DNA of 64,000 nt, from IMG/VR virus record IMGVR_UViG_3300035698_012898, positions 14,716 through 78,715 of that record; one strand, 5' to 3'. The notes beneath the pieces are model-generated. The model worked only from the letters and a program-made list of their open reading frames with translations, did no database searches and was not told where the DNA came from. Below, in pieces: positions 54,851-64,000 of this stretch (positions are counted from its first letter, which is position 1; the number at the start of each line of letters is the position of its first letter). Origin of the DNA: a virus. A program made the translations under genes and the position numbers.

Positions 54851-55148
54851 AAATCCTCCTGTCTTTTGCTAACCTTTGCCCTAATTGAATACGCTCCGCA
54901 TGCCGGAACAGGTCTGACACAGATATGCACATTACTTGACTCAAACAGGTATAAACGTCTAACGTGCTTACTATCTTACCGCACTCGATTGCAGACAACG
55001 TGGCGACACTAATGCCTGCCCGACCAGCCAACTCAACTTGGCGCATATAGCAAGGCTGCTGTTGATTACGCCAGGCTCGAACATACTGCCCGAGCGCCTT
55101 TGCAAGATTCGTCGCCTGTCGTTGGAGCATAAGATACCTCCACGTCAC
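54819..55148 (-). CDS. XRE-family HTH regulator
   Basis: LGQYVRAWR...MRQVELAGRAGISVATLSAIECG. Confidence 0.85.
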   Translation of the reverse strand: MTWRYLMLQRQATNLAKALGQYVRAWRNQQQPCYMRQVELAGRAGISVATLSAIECGKIVSTLDVYTCLSQVMCISVSDLFRHAERIQLGQRLAKDRRIYESKTKTLRS

Positions 55149-56899
55149 TAAGTTATTGAAGCAAACGCCCTGCTACCACGTCGTGATAACCTAATCAACT
55201 CATTCTGCGTCCAGTTTGCCATCTCCAAAGCATCAGCACCGTCAATATAGTCCGTATCGTACAGGCCAATAAGCTGATCTATAATTACAGCATGCGACTG
55301 GTGTTTCAGAAACCGTATTGTCCCGGATACTATAGGACCATACAGCCCGCTAATGCGCAGAAACTTATCACCTGTCTGATTGATCTCCATCGTACGCAAG
55401 TCTGTGCCTTCCTTGAGAGACTGTGTATCCACTAGATCCTTCAACGCTATTTGGAACTGGTTTGTCTCAATCCCAACACCATTAGCCTTCCACCGCAGAG
55501 CCTCCGTAAATATTGCCTCAACCTTTCCCGCTGTATTCAGCCGCTTAATAATAGCAGGCAACACGTACCTGATGTTCGTCTTTCGTATACGGGCCATCGG
55601 CACAATAGCCGTAAAGCAATTTCTCTTCTTCGTACGACAAGCAGGGTCTACACCCAACGTAATAATTACTTCGTTCGTACCAAGCAAAGGAGCAATGTCA
55701 TCAAAGGCGTAGAACGTAAAGTCCTCATAACTAATATCCGGATTCCCACTTTGTGGACGCATTAAGAACTCTTGCTCAAATGCCGGCATACCAATCTCAG
55801 CAATCTTTTTCTCTGCCCAAGCTGGCCCAAACTCTTCTAGCCACAAATACTCTCGCCCTTCCGGCGTGTCCTCATAAATGGGCAACTTAAGAACCGGCCA
55901 TTCTTGTTGATGCCCCCGCTCTATAAGCTGTGCTAACATATCCTTTGCATGAAGCAATGTTCCATTCAGCAAAAGATTCCCGCGAGAACTATCCAACAAG
56001 TTTTCAACTACGTTTCGCATCCAGTCTACGTCATACCCCCGAAGTGTAGCACTACGAGCCCCCTTATCATCTACCAGGTCATCACCTACAATTAAGTCTG
56101 GGCGATATTGATATGCCTTCATCCCACGAACCCGACTCTTGCGCCCCTTTGCCATAAGTATCTTACCATTAGACAACTCTGCATGCGTCTGATTCCAAGC
56201 CCGCCTTCTCGGAAGCCCCCCGTTCGCATCTAAATAATGATTCCCAAACATACTTATCAGAGATTCATTAAACTCCAACTCATGCTCTAACGTGACTATG
56301 TTACGTGCAGCTTCTGCTACGATCCCCCCTATGAAAAGAATAAACCGCTTTGATATATCCACAGTCCGGCCATCCGGCAAGGATACCAAGGCTGGGCAAA
56401 CCAATGCATGCAAAGGCATCAGCACACAAGATGACGTTGACTTACCAATCTCACGTGGACCAACAACAATCGCGGGCAAGTGTGTTAGGTGATACTCAAC
56501 TTCAAGCAGTAATGGAAACAACGTATCATCATGATACCCCCTAGATATCGGCTTGGTGAAATGGTGCGGGAGAAACCGCTCAGCAAAATGACGATAACTA
56601 AAGTTAGCGAACATGTAATCAATTTGTTGAACGGGCAGCCCCCCAAATGTGCTGTCAAATAAAGCAAGCCTGTCAGGACTCTTGTCTAGCTGCCCGGCAA
56701 ATGCCTTAGCCTCATCACCACGCAAAGGCGTAAGAAGCTCTACGGCCTTGTCAAGACTCCCGAACGTCGTTACCGCCGAGATCTTCTTCCTGGGCTTGGC
56801 CCAACGGCTCCTCCTCGGAGTCTCCTCCTCGGACGCCCGTTTGCGCAGCGAATGCTGCAACCATGCTGTCCCTTGCTGCTGCTCTGGTGTCTGGGTCAT
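55148..56899 (-). CDS. terL: Terminase large subunit
   Basis: Walker A GPREIGKS, RPDLIVGDD, NGTLLH..D, FEQEF, nuclease GVDPA, DGADAL. Confidence 0.93.
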   Translation of the reverse strand: MTQTPEQQQGTAWLQHSLRKRASEEETPRRSRWAKPRKKISAVTTFGSLDKAVELLTPLRGDEAKAFAGQLDKSPDRLALFDSTFGGLPVQQIDYMFANFSYRHFAERFLPHHFTKPISRGYHDDTLFPLLLEVEYHLTHLPAIVVGPREIGKSTSSCVLMPLHALVCPALVSLPDGRTVDISKRFILFIGGIVAEAARNIVTLEHELEFNESLISMFGNHYLDANGGLPRRRAWNQTHAELSNGKILMAKGRKSRVRGMKAYQYRPDLIVGDDLVDDKGARSATLRGYDVDWMRNVVENLLDSSRGNLLLNGTLLHAKDMLAQLIERGHQQEWPVLKLPIYEDTPEGREYLWLEEFGPAWAEKKIAEIGMPAFEQEFLMRPQSGNPDISYEDFTFYAFDDIAPLLGTNEVIITLGVDPACRTKKRNCFTAIVPMARIRKTNIRYVLPAIIKRLNTAGKVEAIFTEALRWKANGVGIETNQFQIALKDLVDTQSLKEGTDLRTMEINQTGDKFLRISGLYGPIVSGTIRFLKHQSHAVIIDQLIGLYDTDYIDGADALEMANWTQNELIRLSRRGSRAFASIT

Positions 56900-57473
56900 G
56901 ACTAATTACCTCTGGGAATTTCCTCACGAATTCAATCAAGCCTTCACGAAGTTCTTGTGGTGACAACTCACCACCAGACACACTAGCCTGCTGCACATTA
57001 ACGTTCACGGACTGCGTAACCCTACTTCCGTCCTCACCGATAAGGCCCAAGGCAGACAACCTAACATCATTTTGATAAATAAACAACTGCCGCGATGAAT
57101 TCAACAGACGTGCCTCAGTAACGTCATCAATGATGATCTTACCGTCCTTCTGTACATCCCCATGCGGCACTACTTCTTTTACCTTAGCAAGAGCCCCTAC
57201 ATGCCGCGCCATATGATGCGCCATGATCTGCTTATGTGCAGGCAACACCTGATCACGAAACGTCTCATCAATTGCATCCATCCTAGACATATGCTCACGC
57301 TTCACACGTTCACGAATAGCTTCCATGCTACGACTAGCGTCACCACGCTCAACGTACTTAGCAACGGTCGCTACCTGATGCCCCGTTTCTTTTGCAGTAG
57401 CAGTGACGCTACCGTTGTTGCTTATGAATGCCATGTATATACGTTCATACTCCTCATAGGATAATGGAATCAT
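56751..57473 (-). CDS. Putative terminase small subunit
   Basis: N-terminal HTH (GSVTATAKETGHQVATVAKY), directly upstream of TerL; overlaps TerL by 149 nt. Confidence 0.6.
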   Translation of the reverse strand: MIPLSYEEYERIYMAFISNNGSVTATAKETGHQVATVAKYVERGDASRSMEAIRERVKREHMSRMDAIDETFRDQVLPAHKQIMAHHMARHVGALAKVKEVVPHGDVQKDGKIIIDDVTEARLLNSSRQLFIYQNDVRLSALGLIGEDGSRVTQSVNVNVQQASVSGGELSPQELREGLIEFVRKFPEVISHDPDTRAAARDSMVAAFAAQTGVRGGDSEEEPLGQAQEEDLGGNDVRES

Positions 57474-57479
57474 CGTGCG

Positions 57480-57770
57480 TTAGCCCTCCTTGTGTAACCG
57501 CGCCGTCACGTCAAGACGCACAACACGAAGGCCCCGCCGATAAAGATGACGCCTGTGGCGCGTTCTTACTCTTGCATTTGTAATGTTGCCAAGTCTGTTG
57601 ACACCCGATGAATCTCCCCCACAGACATTCCATACCAAGCGAGACCAACAATCTTGTCTTGTTGATCTCGCATCCGACAGAATAATATCCCCATCGCAAT
57701 CCTGCGCTCCCCATATCGGCCAGCCTGAGCGTGTAACAAAGTGGTCATTTTCATTCCATAGAACTAGCAT
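57480..57770 (-). CDS. Hypothetical protein
   Basis: AAGGAGG SD, packed ORF. Confidence 0.45.
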   Translation of the reverse strand: MLVLWNENDHFVTRSGWPIWGAQDCDGDIILSDARSTRQDCWSRLVWNVCGGDSSGVNRLGNITNARVRTRHRRHLYRRGLRVVRLDVTARLHKEG

Positions 57771-57773
57771 ACC

Positions 57774-57983
57774 CTATCCCTCCTTTTCCCTAACCAACTC
57801 TTTGCCCCTCACATACTGCATAATACGCTTAACCTCCGCCTCTGACAGCGGCTCCGCGTCCTCTGGCGCAACAGCATCAAGCGCTGCTTGTGCCTCTTCC
57901 ATTGTCACCGAACCAAGACCCAAATATTGCCGCAGTCCAGGCACAACGCGATCCCAGAATTCATCTGGCGTTTCCTTGCACAT
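57774..57983 (-). CDS. Hypothetical protein
   Basis: Packed ORF after the tRNA-like element. Confidence 0.45.
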   Translation of the reverse strand: MCKETPDEFWDRVVPGLRQYLGLGSVTMEEAQAALDAVAPEDAEPLSEAEVKRIMQYVRGKELVREKEG

Positions 57984-58003
57984 GCCCGTACCCTTTCTTG
58001 TAA

Positions 58004-58140
58004 TGGCCGCCCCGTGACCGGGCTTGATACCGGCTCCTCGCTTCCGTCTTAACGCATACGCGACTACCTGAGCGACGAGGGGATGGCGCTCCAGGACGGC
58101 AACCTATCCATCCGCGTGTCCATCCACGCCGCACGGGGCG
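58004..58140 (-). ncRNA. Enlarged tRNA-like RNA ending in GCCA
   Basis: Acceptor-like CGCCCCGTG/CACGGGGCG followed by GCCA; D-like arm GCGT-GGATGGAC-ACGC; T-like arm GCCGG-TATCAAGC-CCGGT; two long central arms. Confidence 0.65.
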
Positions 58141-58156
58141 GTCAAAAGAGAATCAT

Positions 58157-58297
58157 CTACTTAGGCTTACACGGTCCTTTTCCGCCACCTGTACGCGGCC
58201 CCTTTCCAGGACCCGATTGGTTACCCTGACCTCCGCCACGTCCGTCACGTGGGCCGGTCGAACCCTTTGGCGGCCCCGTTCCATTTCCCTTTGGCAT
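58157..58297 (-). CDS. 46-aa Gly/Pro/Lys-rich protein (DUF5320-like N-terminus)
   Basis: Below the ORF-track cutoff; SD GGGAGGTGA; MPKGNGTGPPKGSTGPRDGRGGGQGNQSGPGKGPRTGGGKGPCKPK. Confidence 0.7.
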   Translation of the reverse strand: MPKGNGTGPPKGSTGPRDGRGGGQGNQSGPGKGPRTGGGKGPCKPK

Positions 58298-58312
58298 ATG
58301 TCTCACCTCCCT

Positions 58313-58897
58313 TCATAAGTTGAACACCCCATTGCAATGCGGACACGTTACCTGGCGCACACCGCGCTCAACCTTTGCTTTCTTGTCATCCCCTTCATCC
58401 TTACCACCCACGGCTGAAAGGGGCTCCTCGGCAGCCACCAGGTCCACGTTCAATGCCGCCAACAACCTGTCTACTTCAGCCGGCTCATAAGGCAAAGTCA
58501 TGTCCACGTCCGGCAACTCAGCTAACACATCACGCAGGCACTCTGCTAATGGCACTGTCTCCTCAACAAACCACTTTGCATTGTACCGTAGACCAATCTC
58601 TTTACGCTCTGCTAAAGACAACCTCCCGTGGTTGTAAACCAGCACACGCTTAACGCCAAGAGACTTAAGCACCTTAAACCTGTTGTTGCCATCACACACC
58701 TCAAGAGTCCCGTGCTCGTCATCCTCTGGCAACTCAGAGCAACTGGCTACGTGCAACGGAGACACCCCACGACGTAAGGACTCCGTAAACCGTTCAAGCA
58801 ACCACTTATCCGGAGCAGCCTTATAGTTCCACAGTGCCAACTGTAGCCGGTTTATCGGAACGAATACCGGCTTGTTTACAAAGATTACTTTACCCAT
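58313..58897 (-). CDS. ParB/Srx-like protein with C-terminal Zn ribbon
   Basis: VPINRL..ALWNYK, ESLRRG, EVCDGNNR; C-terminal VTCPHCNGVF. Confidence 0.75.
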   Translation of the reverse strand: MGKVIFVNKPVFVPINRLQLALWNYKAAPDKWLLERFTESLRRGVSPLHVASCSELPEDDEHGTLEVCDGNNRFKVLKSLGVKRVLVYNHGRLSLAERKEIGLRYNAKWFVEETVPLAECLRDVLAELPDVDMTLPYEPAEVDRLLAALNVDLVAAEEPLSAVGGKDEGDDKKAKVERGVRQVTCPHCNGVFNL

Positions 58898-58898
58898 T

Positions 58899-59378
58899 CT
58901 ACAGCGCCTCCTTCTTTGTCCCTATTTTTAGCTTGCACAGTATATGCGTCTGCTCAAAACCAATCGCCCTATAGAAAGCCTGCGCCCCTTCATTAAGCAT
59001 TGCTACGCCTAGCTGGACATGAGTACATTTCTTTTGCTTCGCTTTGCAGACAACGGCCGCCAGCAACGCCTTAGCTATGCCTTGCCGACGATGCTTAGCA
59101 ACTACGTATAGTAACGTTACCCACGCTTGCGCGCTGTTGGTCTTATACCAAACGGCAACGCCAGCAACAGAACCACCTTGTATGGTGGCATACGTGACAT
59201 GATAGGAATCAGCGACGAGCACGCTTCCCCCTGTCTTTCCTTGATTTATCATGTCTACTACACCCGCCACTGCACAACCAAGTGCGGGTGAATACTCAAG
59301 ACGATCCGCATAATGAATCGTAAACTTCCTTGCTGTGCTTTTCTTACCCTTTGGTTTCGTGTTACTTGTCTTCTTCAT
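58899..59378 (-). CDS. GNAT acetyltransferase
   Basis: LYV..KHRRQGIAKALL, N.GAQAFYRAIGF. Confidence 0.88.
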   Translation of the reverse strand: MKKTSNTKPKGKKSTARKFTIHYADRLEYSPALGCAVAGVVDMINQGKTGGSVLVADSYHVTYATIQGGSVAGVAVWYKTNSAQAWVTLLYVVAKHRRQGIAKALLAAVVCKAKQKKCTHVQLGVAMLNEGAQAFYRAIGFEQTHILCKLKIGTKKEAL

Positions 59379-59379
59379 C

Positions 59380-59877
59380 CTAAAGTACCTCCTCTAATGC
59401 GCCACTCGACACCGCATGCAACAAACAAACAGCATCGGCCAAGTCCTGCGACGGCGGAACATACCCAAGAATGCCTTCCGCATGCGCTAAAGCACGCCGA
59501 TGCCACTCCTCGCGCTTGATACCCGTCACCTTCTCCGGAGACTTCCTCAATACCGCCACACGCCACTGCGTAGGAGACACCTCCATGACAGTAACCCATG
59601 CCCGCTTTGCACGGAATGCCTCCAAGACAAGCTCCTTTACGTGAAACAACTGCGCATACGTCTTTGCGTTCCGTGATAAGTAACACCCTTCCACGGCAAC
59701 TACAGCTAGATCCTCATACTCAAACGTATCAGCAAGCGCCTGTATACTGCCTGGAACAGAAGAAACCTCAAAGCAAAAGGGGGAAGGAATAACACCAAAC
59801 GCATCCGGCCAATCGATAGCACGAAATGCGCATGATAGCCGCTTTGTACTCACGTCAATTGCCAAGATACTTTTCAT
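59380..59877 (-). CDS. RuvC-like resolvase, copy 1
   Basis: ILAIDVST, VVAVEG, VSPTQWR, DLADAV. Confidence 0.8.
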   Translation of the reverse strand: MKSILAIDVSTKRLSCAFRAIDWPDAFGVIPSPFCFEVSSVPGSIQALADTFEYEDLAVVAVEGCYLSRNAKTYAQLFHVKELVLEAFRAKRAWVTVMEVSPTQWRVAVLRKSPEKVTGIKREEWHRRALAHAEGILGYVPPSQDLADAVCLLHAVSSGALEEVL

Positions 59878-59902
59878 GTTACCATCCTCATTGTTTGTAC
59901 AA

Positions 59903-59932
59903 ACCTTACACCAAGCCACTCCATCCTGTCAA
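59903..59932 (-). promoter_or_regulatory. Sigma70-like promoter
   Basis: TTGACA-N14-GGTG-TAAGGT. Confidence 0.55.
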
Positions 59933-59956
59933 GCAGAACAAATATGAACACCTGAC

Positions 59957-60433
59957 CTAAAGTACCTCCTCTAACATCCCGTTATAAATCACGAGCAACA
60001 AACAAACGGCATCAGCAAAATCCTGAGACGACGGATCGTACCCTAGCACTTCAGCCGCACGTGCCGTGGCACGCCGATGCCACTCATCACGCTTAATCCC
60101 CGTCACCTTCTCTGGCGACTTATGCAGCAAGGCCACACGCCATTGTGTTGGAGCAACCTCTATGATCCTAGCACAAGAGCAGTTACTACGAAACGTCTCC
60201 AGGATAGACTTCTTCACGTGAAACAGTTTTGCATACGTCTTGGCGTTCCGTGACAGGTAGCACCCTTCAACGGCGACCACATCCAGTTTCATGTGAGACA
60301 TCACCGTAGCCAAAGCTCGCATACAACCAGGCACAGATGGGACCTCGAAGCATAAGGGAGGTTGAAAACCATAGAGCTGCAACGCGCACGACAGGCGCTT
60401 CGTGCTCACGTCAATCGCCAGGATACTCGGCAT
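59957..60433 (-). CDS. RuvC-like resolvase, copy 2
   Basis: ILAIDVST, VVAVEG, VAPTQWR, DFADAV. Confidence 0.8.
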   Translation of the reverse strand: MPSILAIDVSTKRLSCALQLYGFQPPLCFEVPSVPGCMRALATVMSHMKLDVVAVEGCYLSRNAKTYAKLFHVKKSILETFRSNCSCARIIEVAPTQWRVALLHKSPEKVTGIKRDEWHRRATARAAEVLGYDPSSQDFADAVCLLLVIYNGMLEEVL

Positions 60434-60457
60434 GTTACCATCCTCATCGTTGCGTAA

Positions 60458-60487
60458 ACCATACACCGTTACCACTCAAGCTGTCAA
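60458..60487 (-). promoter_or_regulatory. Sigma70-like promoter
   Basis: TTGACA-N14-GGTG-TATGGT. Confidence 0.55.
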
Positions 60488-62357
60488 GCGGTTTGAATGC
60501 TAACGCTCGACTTGTTTCCTTGCCGCGCCACCGTTATCGTATTGTCAAACATGGAACACAACTCATCATCGTGCTCCACAATCCAGATCGTCTCCTTGCC
60601 TAGACTCGCCCTGTCACGCAGGATATCCATGACTGACCGTATGCCCGCTGCATCCAAGGTGCGGAACACCTCATCAGCTATAAGCAGCCTGACCGTACGC
60701 TTCCCCAACCGTTCCGCAAGCGCCACCATACTGAACAGATGCACGATGTCCCGGCGCATCGCCTGACCCGCGCTGAGCGCAATCCTGATTCGCACAGGCT
60801 TCTTTGATCCTGCTGTCGCGTACAAGGCCGTCTCGAATCGTTCACGGATACCACCGGCCTTCGTCGTGGTCTGCGTGCTGTACCTCAAGGCCGTGCCGTC
60901 ACCAAACAACAGGTCTGAATACTTCTTGGCTACAGCATTCAACCACGGAGTAATCTTATCCAGCCGGAACGCTCGTATACCCCGTGGCCCAAACCCTTCC
61001 TTCCAAAAAGCAACGCGGCCCAACTCCTCTTTGATTACGCGGATCTCTTCCTGTGTACAAGCGGACAGCTTATCAAGACGAGTCCTCTCTTGCTGTACTG
61101 TTGCCTTCCAAGCTGCTACTTCCTTATCAGCCTGCGCATGAATAGCAGACAGCTTTACCAAACTCTCTTTTGCGTAACGCACCTCTGTCTCAAGCATAGT
61201 CACAACGCTTGTCACGTTTATTAGTTGCACGTTAGCTGCATTGACACCAGCCTGAAGAGCCTCTTCTGCCGTAGACAAATCTCCTTGGTACTGCAAGTTA
61301 TCTAGCTGTTGCCTATGCAGTATGCCCTCCTTGTTCTTTCCTTTCCGCAGCAAGTCTTGCACACGTTCCACGGAAATCTTCTGCACACAAGTAGGACACG
61401 TCCCCCCTAACGGCACAGCTTGAAGAGCTATCTTAGCCAACTTCGCCGCATACAGCATACCCTCTATCGCACTCTTATTGGCATCTAAATGCTTATGATC
61501 CAACCACCAAGATTCCCCCTGCTGCTTTGCATGCTCTGTAACTAACAGCATAGAATGCTTAGCGGCAGAAAGACCTTCTTGCGCTTTCATCAACGCCGCT
61601 TCTTTCTGAAACACCAAATTACGCTGCCCGGCCATTTGTTCATACGCAGCCTGAACTGTAGCATGTCTACCGTCTTCACCAGACACGCCAGCAAGACTCC
61701 CAAGCGCAGCCGTAGTCTCCCAAAGCACCCTCTCCTTCTCGGCTAACAAGGTAGTCAGCCGTACGTGCTCATCCTTCGCCCGACCAAAAGCCTCGTCTAA
61801 GTCCGCCGAGTCTACCAACAAGTCAAACAACCGCTTCTGCTCAGCATCACTAGAGATTGCAAACGGCGTTGCGGTCTCATCATACCCAAAGATGTGCGCT
61901 GCTAAGAACAACTGCACCGGACCGAATGTCCGGTTGATGAAATCCTGGGCACGATCACCTGTATACTCCTTCTCATCACCCACCCGCACGGTCAACTGCG
62001 TCACTGAATCGCCCGCCGCAACCTCGCGAGTCAACAAACGAGCACGGCCAATCTGAATGCGCGCGTCTCGTGCATCCGATATAAATTCAAGCACCACGTC
62101 GCACTTACCCGCGCGTTTCCCCCCGTAATAGATACAACGTCAGTACTGATCTTCTTCCCGGTAACGTCGGTCTCATAAAGCCCATACATAATTGCATTCA
62201 CTAAGGTGCTCTTCCCGGCCATGTTGCTCGATGCGTTCGGCACGTCCTTGTTCTCGCCACCAACAAAGTACAGACCGGCAGGCACAATCAGGTCGACGGC
62301 GCGACCAACGAAAAGGCGGAAGTTAGTCACACGAAGCCTATCCAGAGTCCACATCAT
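60484..62357 (-). CDS. SbcC/Rad50 (T4 gp46-like) ATPase split over two frames
   Basis: N-part 62031..62357: LRVTNF, SNMAGKST Walker A; C-part 60484..62097: CPTC hook, LSAGQ signature, LIADE Walker B, IVEH; joined by a -1 shift near 62120. Confidence 0.88.
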
Positions 62358-62358
62358 A

Positions 62359-62709
62359 TCATCCTTCTCCCGTCGTTATAACCACACTGTCATATACTCT
62401 GGTTATCCCATCACGAATTATTGTGTGCGGCCCTTGGTTGTGGGCACCAAGCACGCAATAGCCACCCGCGCATTCTATTCTTTTTCCGCATTGTTCTTCA
62501 AATACCAGGCCATTTGCATCAGTGCAGCACAACCTGACATCAAAGAACTCCATTACGGCGCCATGTCCAGGCATCGTGTCCATAAAGGCATCATAGATCT
62601 CCCGCGTCATCCACAGGCGCATTCTCTCACGGCAAATACCTTCCGCCTGCATGGAAAAGACGCTACCCTGTAACCTCCTGAAGAAGTCTTGCGCGTCATC
62701 AAACGTCAT
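62359..62709 (-). CDS. Hypothetical protein
   Basis: Packed ORF. Confidence 0.5.
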   Translation of the reverse strand: MTFDDAQDFFRRLQGSVFSMQAEGICRERMRLWMTREIYDAFMDTMPGHGAVMEFFDVRLCCTDANGLVFEEQCGKRIECAGGYCVLGAHNQGPHTIIRDGITRVYDSVVITTGEG

Positions 62710-63100
62710 CGTCTTCCTCCTTCAACGCCCAAAGCACAGTACCCTCTGGAGAATCCCATGTGGCACCGCACTGACCGCATACCTGTGTAATGTCTGCACA
62801 CGCAATCCTATTACCAATGATCTCCTTACACCGCTCACAGCTTGGAATAAACAGCACAGGCTCTTTACCTGAATCATCCCTCACAGGCCGCGTAAACCCA
62901 ATGCACTCGGAGATCACGCCGCAATACATGTCACCCTCATACATAATATCACCTAGACCCCAAGTCTCCAAGATGGCACACGCTGCCGTCTCTCCTTGTT
63001 CCATTGCAGCATCAATTGCTCGTACAACATCCCCTAGTGGGGCCGGCTCCGGCACGGCCACCTCGATTGTAAACCTACGTCGTATTTTTGGCATCGTCAT
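62699..63100 (-). CDS. Hypothetical Zn-ribbon protein
   Basis: CERC...CGQC. Confidence 0.55.
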   Translation of the reverse strand: MTMPKIRRRFTIEVAVPEPAPLGDVVRAIDAAMEQGETAACAILETWGLGDIMYEGDMYCGVISECIGFTRPVRDDSGKEPVLFIPSCERCKEIIGNRIACADITQVCGQCGATWDSPEGTVLWALKEEDDDV

Positions 63101-63972
63101 TGCCCTCCCGTTTGTGTCTCACGCGGTAACGTCGACAGCTCACACACAACGTCTGATGGATCTGAATACCCTTCTTGCACAACACGTGGCGCTACAAGCA
63201 AACCAATCTCCGCACGCAAAACATCCCTTTCCTCAGAATTACCCGCAGTACTAAAGACAAGCTGGAATGCTCGCGCAGCAGGACCTTGACCAACGAACCA
63301 CTGAATTAAACCACAACCATCCAGCAAGGATAAAAAATCACCGGCGCTTTCAATGCTAGCCCCTGTTGCCTGGACTACACTATCAATGAACGTGCCTGTA
63401 ACAGCCATCCCGGAGTCCAATACCGTAGCCATCTCCTTATCAATCGCTCGTAAGTTTTTGCCCATACACCCGCGCCACAAGTCGTCAGTCGGATCTGTAT
63501 CAAATAACCTAGACCACAAAGCCTCAGCACTATCAGAAAGGTCATCAGGCATATGTCCTTCATCTTGCAGCCGCGCTACGACAGAAGGAATCTGTAGTAA
63601 CAAACGATCCGCCTCCCCAAAATGCTCAATGAAAGGTTCCCGATACACTTTCCCCAATCGACTAAGCTCATCCATAACATACCCACTATCCGCAGGCTGC
63701 CCGTGAAGCGTCACGTCAGAAAACAAACGACACATAGCCAAGAACCCACTATGATCATACAACACAAGCCCTGGAAATGCTCGTGCAAGCAATAACGAAA
63801 TCACTACTGAAGAGAGTACCGAATACACACGAAACAAAGCAACGTCTTCCGGAACGCTATGCAGTAAGCCTGCCATAACATTAGTACCCCCTGTCGTGTT
63901 ACCAAGAAGACCCTGAACAAGCTTCTCCATCTTTGGCCGCGACAAACTTGGACGCCCGTATAGAGACAACAA
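63097..63972 (-). CDS. Hypothetical protein (may extend beyond the window)
   Basis: Long ORF coupled by ATGA overlap to the next gene. Confidence 0.55.
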   Translation of the reverse strand: MLSLYGRPSLSRPKMEKLVQGLLGNTTGGTNVMAGLLHSVPEDVALFRVYSVLSSVVISLLLARAFPGLVLYDHSGFLAMCRLFSDVTLHGQPADSGYVMDELSRLGKVYREPFIEHFGEADRLLLQIPSVVARLQDEGHMPDDLSDSAEALWSRLFDTDPTDDLWRGCMGKNLRAIDKEMATVLDSGMAVTGTFIDSVVQATGASIESAGDFLSLLDGCGLIQWFVGQGPAARAFQLVFSTAGNSEERDVLRAEIGLLVAPRVVQEGYSDPSDVVCELSTLPRETQTGGQ

Positions 63973-64000
63973 CTTATCAGCAGACTGCTTCTCCCATTGA

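Noticed and set aside
58004-58140. Calling the element a standard tRNA-Gly(GCC)
   Set aside because: Length ~138 nt, 9-bp acceptor stem, non-canonical T loop and interrupted anticodon arm

Overview
This window is a 64-kb piece of a tailed dsDNA phage genome (siphovirus-like: tail tube and long tape measure, no sheath gene seen). Essentially all credible genes lie on the minus strand. In transcription order (right to left): a split SbcC/Rad50 ATPase, two tandem RuvC-like paralogs, GNAT, a ParB-like protein, a ~140-nt tRNA-shaped RNA, terminase subunits, a DnaN clamp, many small accessory ORFs (HNH, HNH-AP2, NDT-like, MT-A70), portal, a ParB plus TET-associated-type glycosyltransferase pair, MuF fused to a metalloprotease with a small partner gene, prohead protease and major capsid protein. 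An ~12-kb, 10-gene glycan biosynthesis and tailoring cluster then sits between the capsid gene and the head-tail adaptor: a tri-domain glycosyltransferase (GT), Gmd, 2 GT2, 3 SAM methyltransferases, CmoA carboxy-SAM synthase, a sulfotransferase-like protein and a GT-B. It is followed by neck and tail genes (with a -1 frameshifted chaperone), BACON and signal-peptide-bearing fibre-like proteins, lysis genes, a DnaB-like helicase and the start of a primase. The best candidate for a new system is the capsid-linked glycosylation cluster carrying CmoA, which may build methylated, carboxymethylated or sulfated virion glycans. All family calls come from motif recognition by eye, not from database searches.
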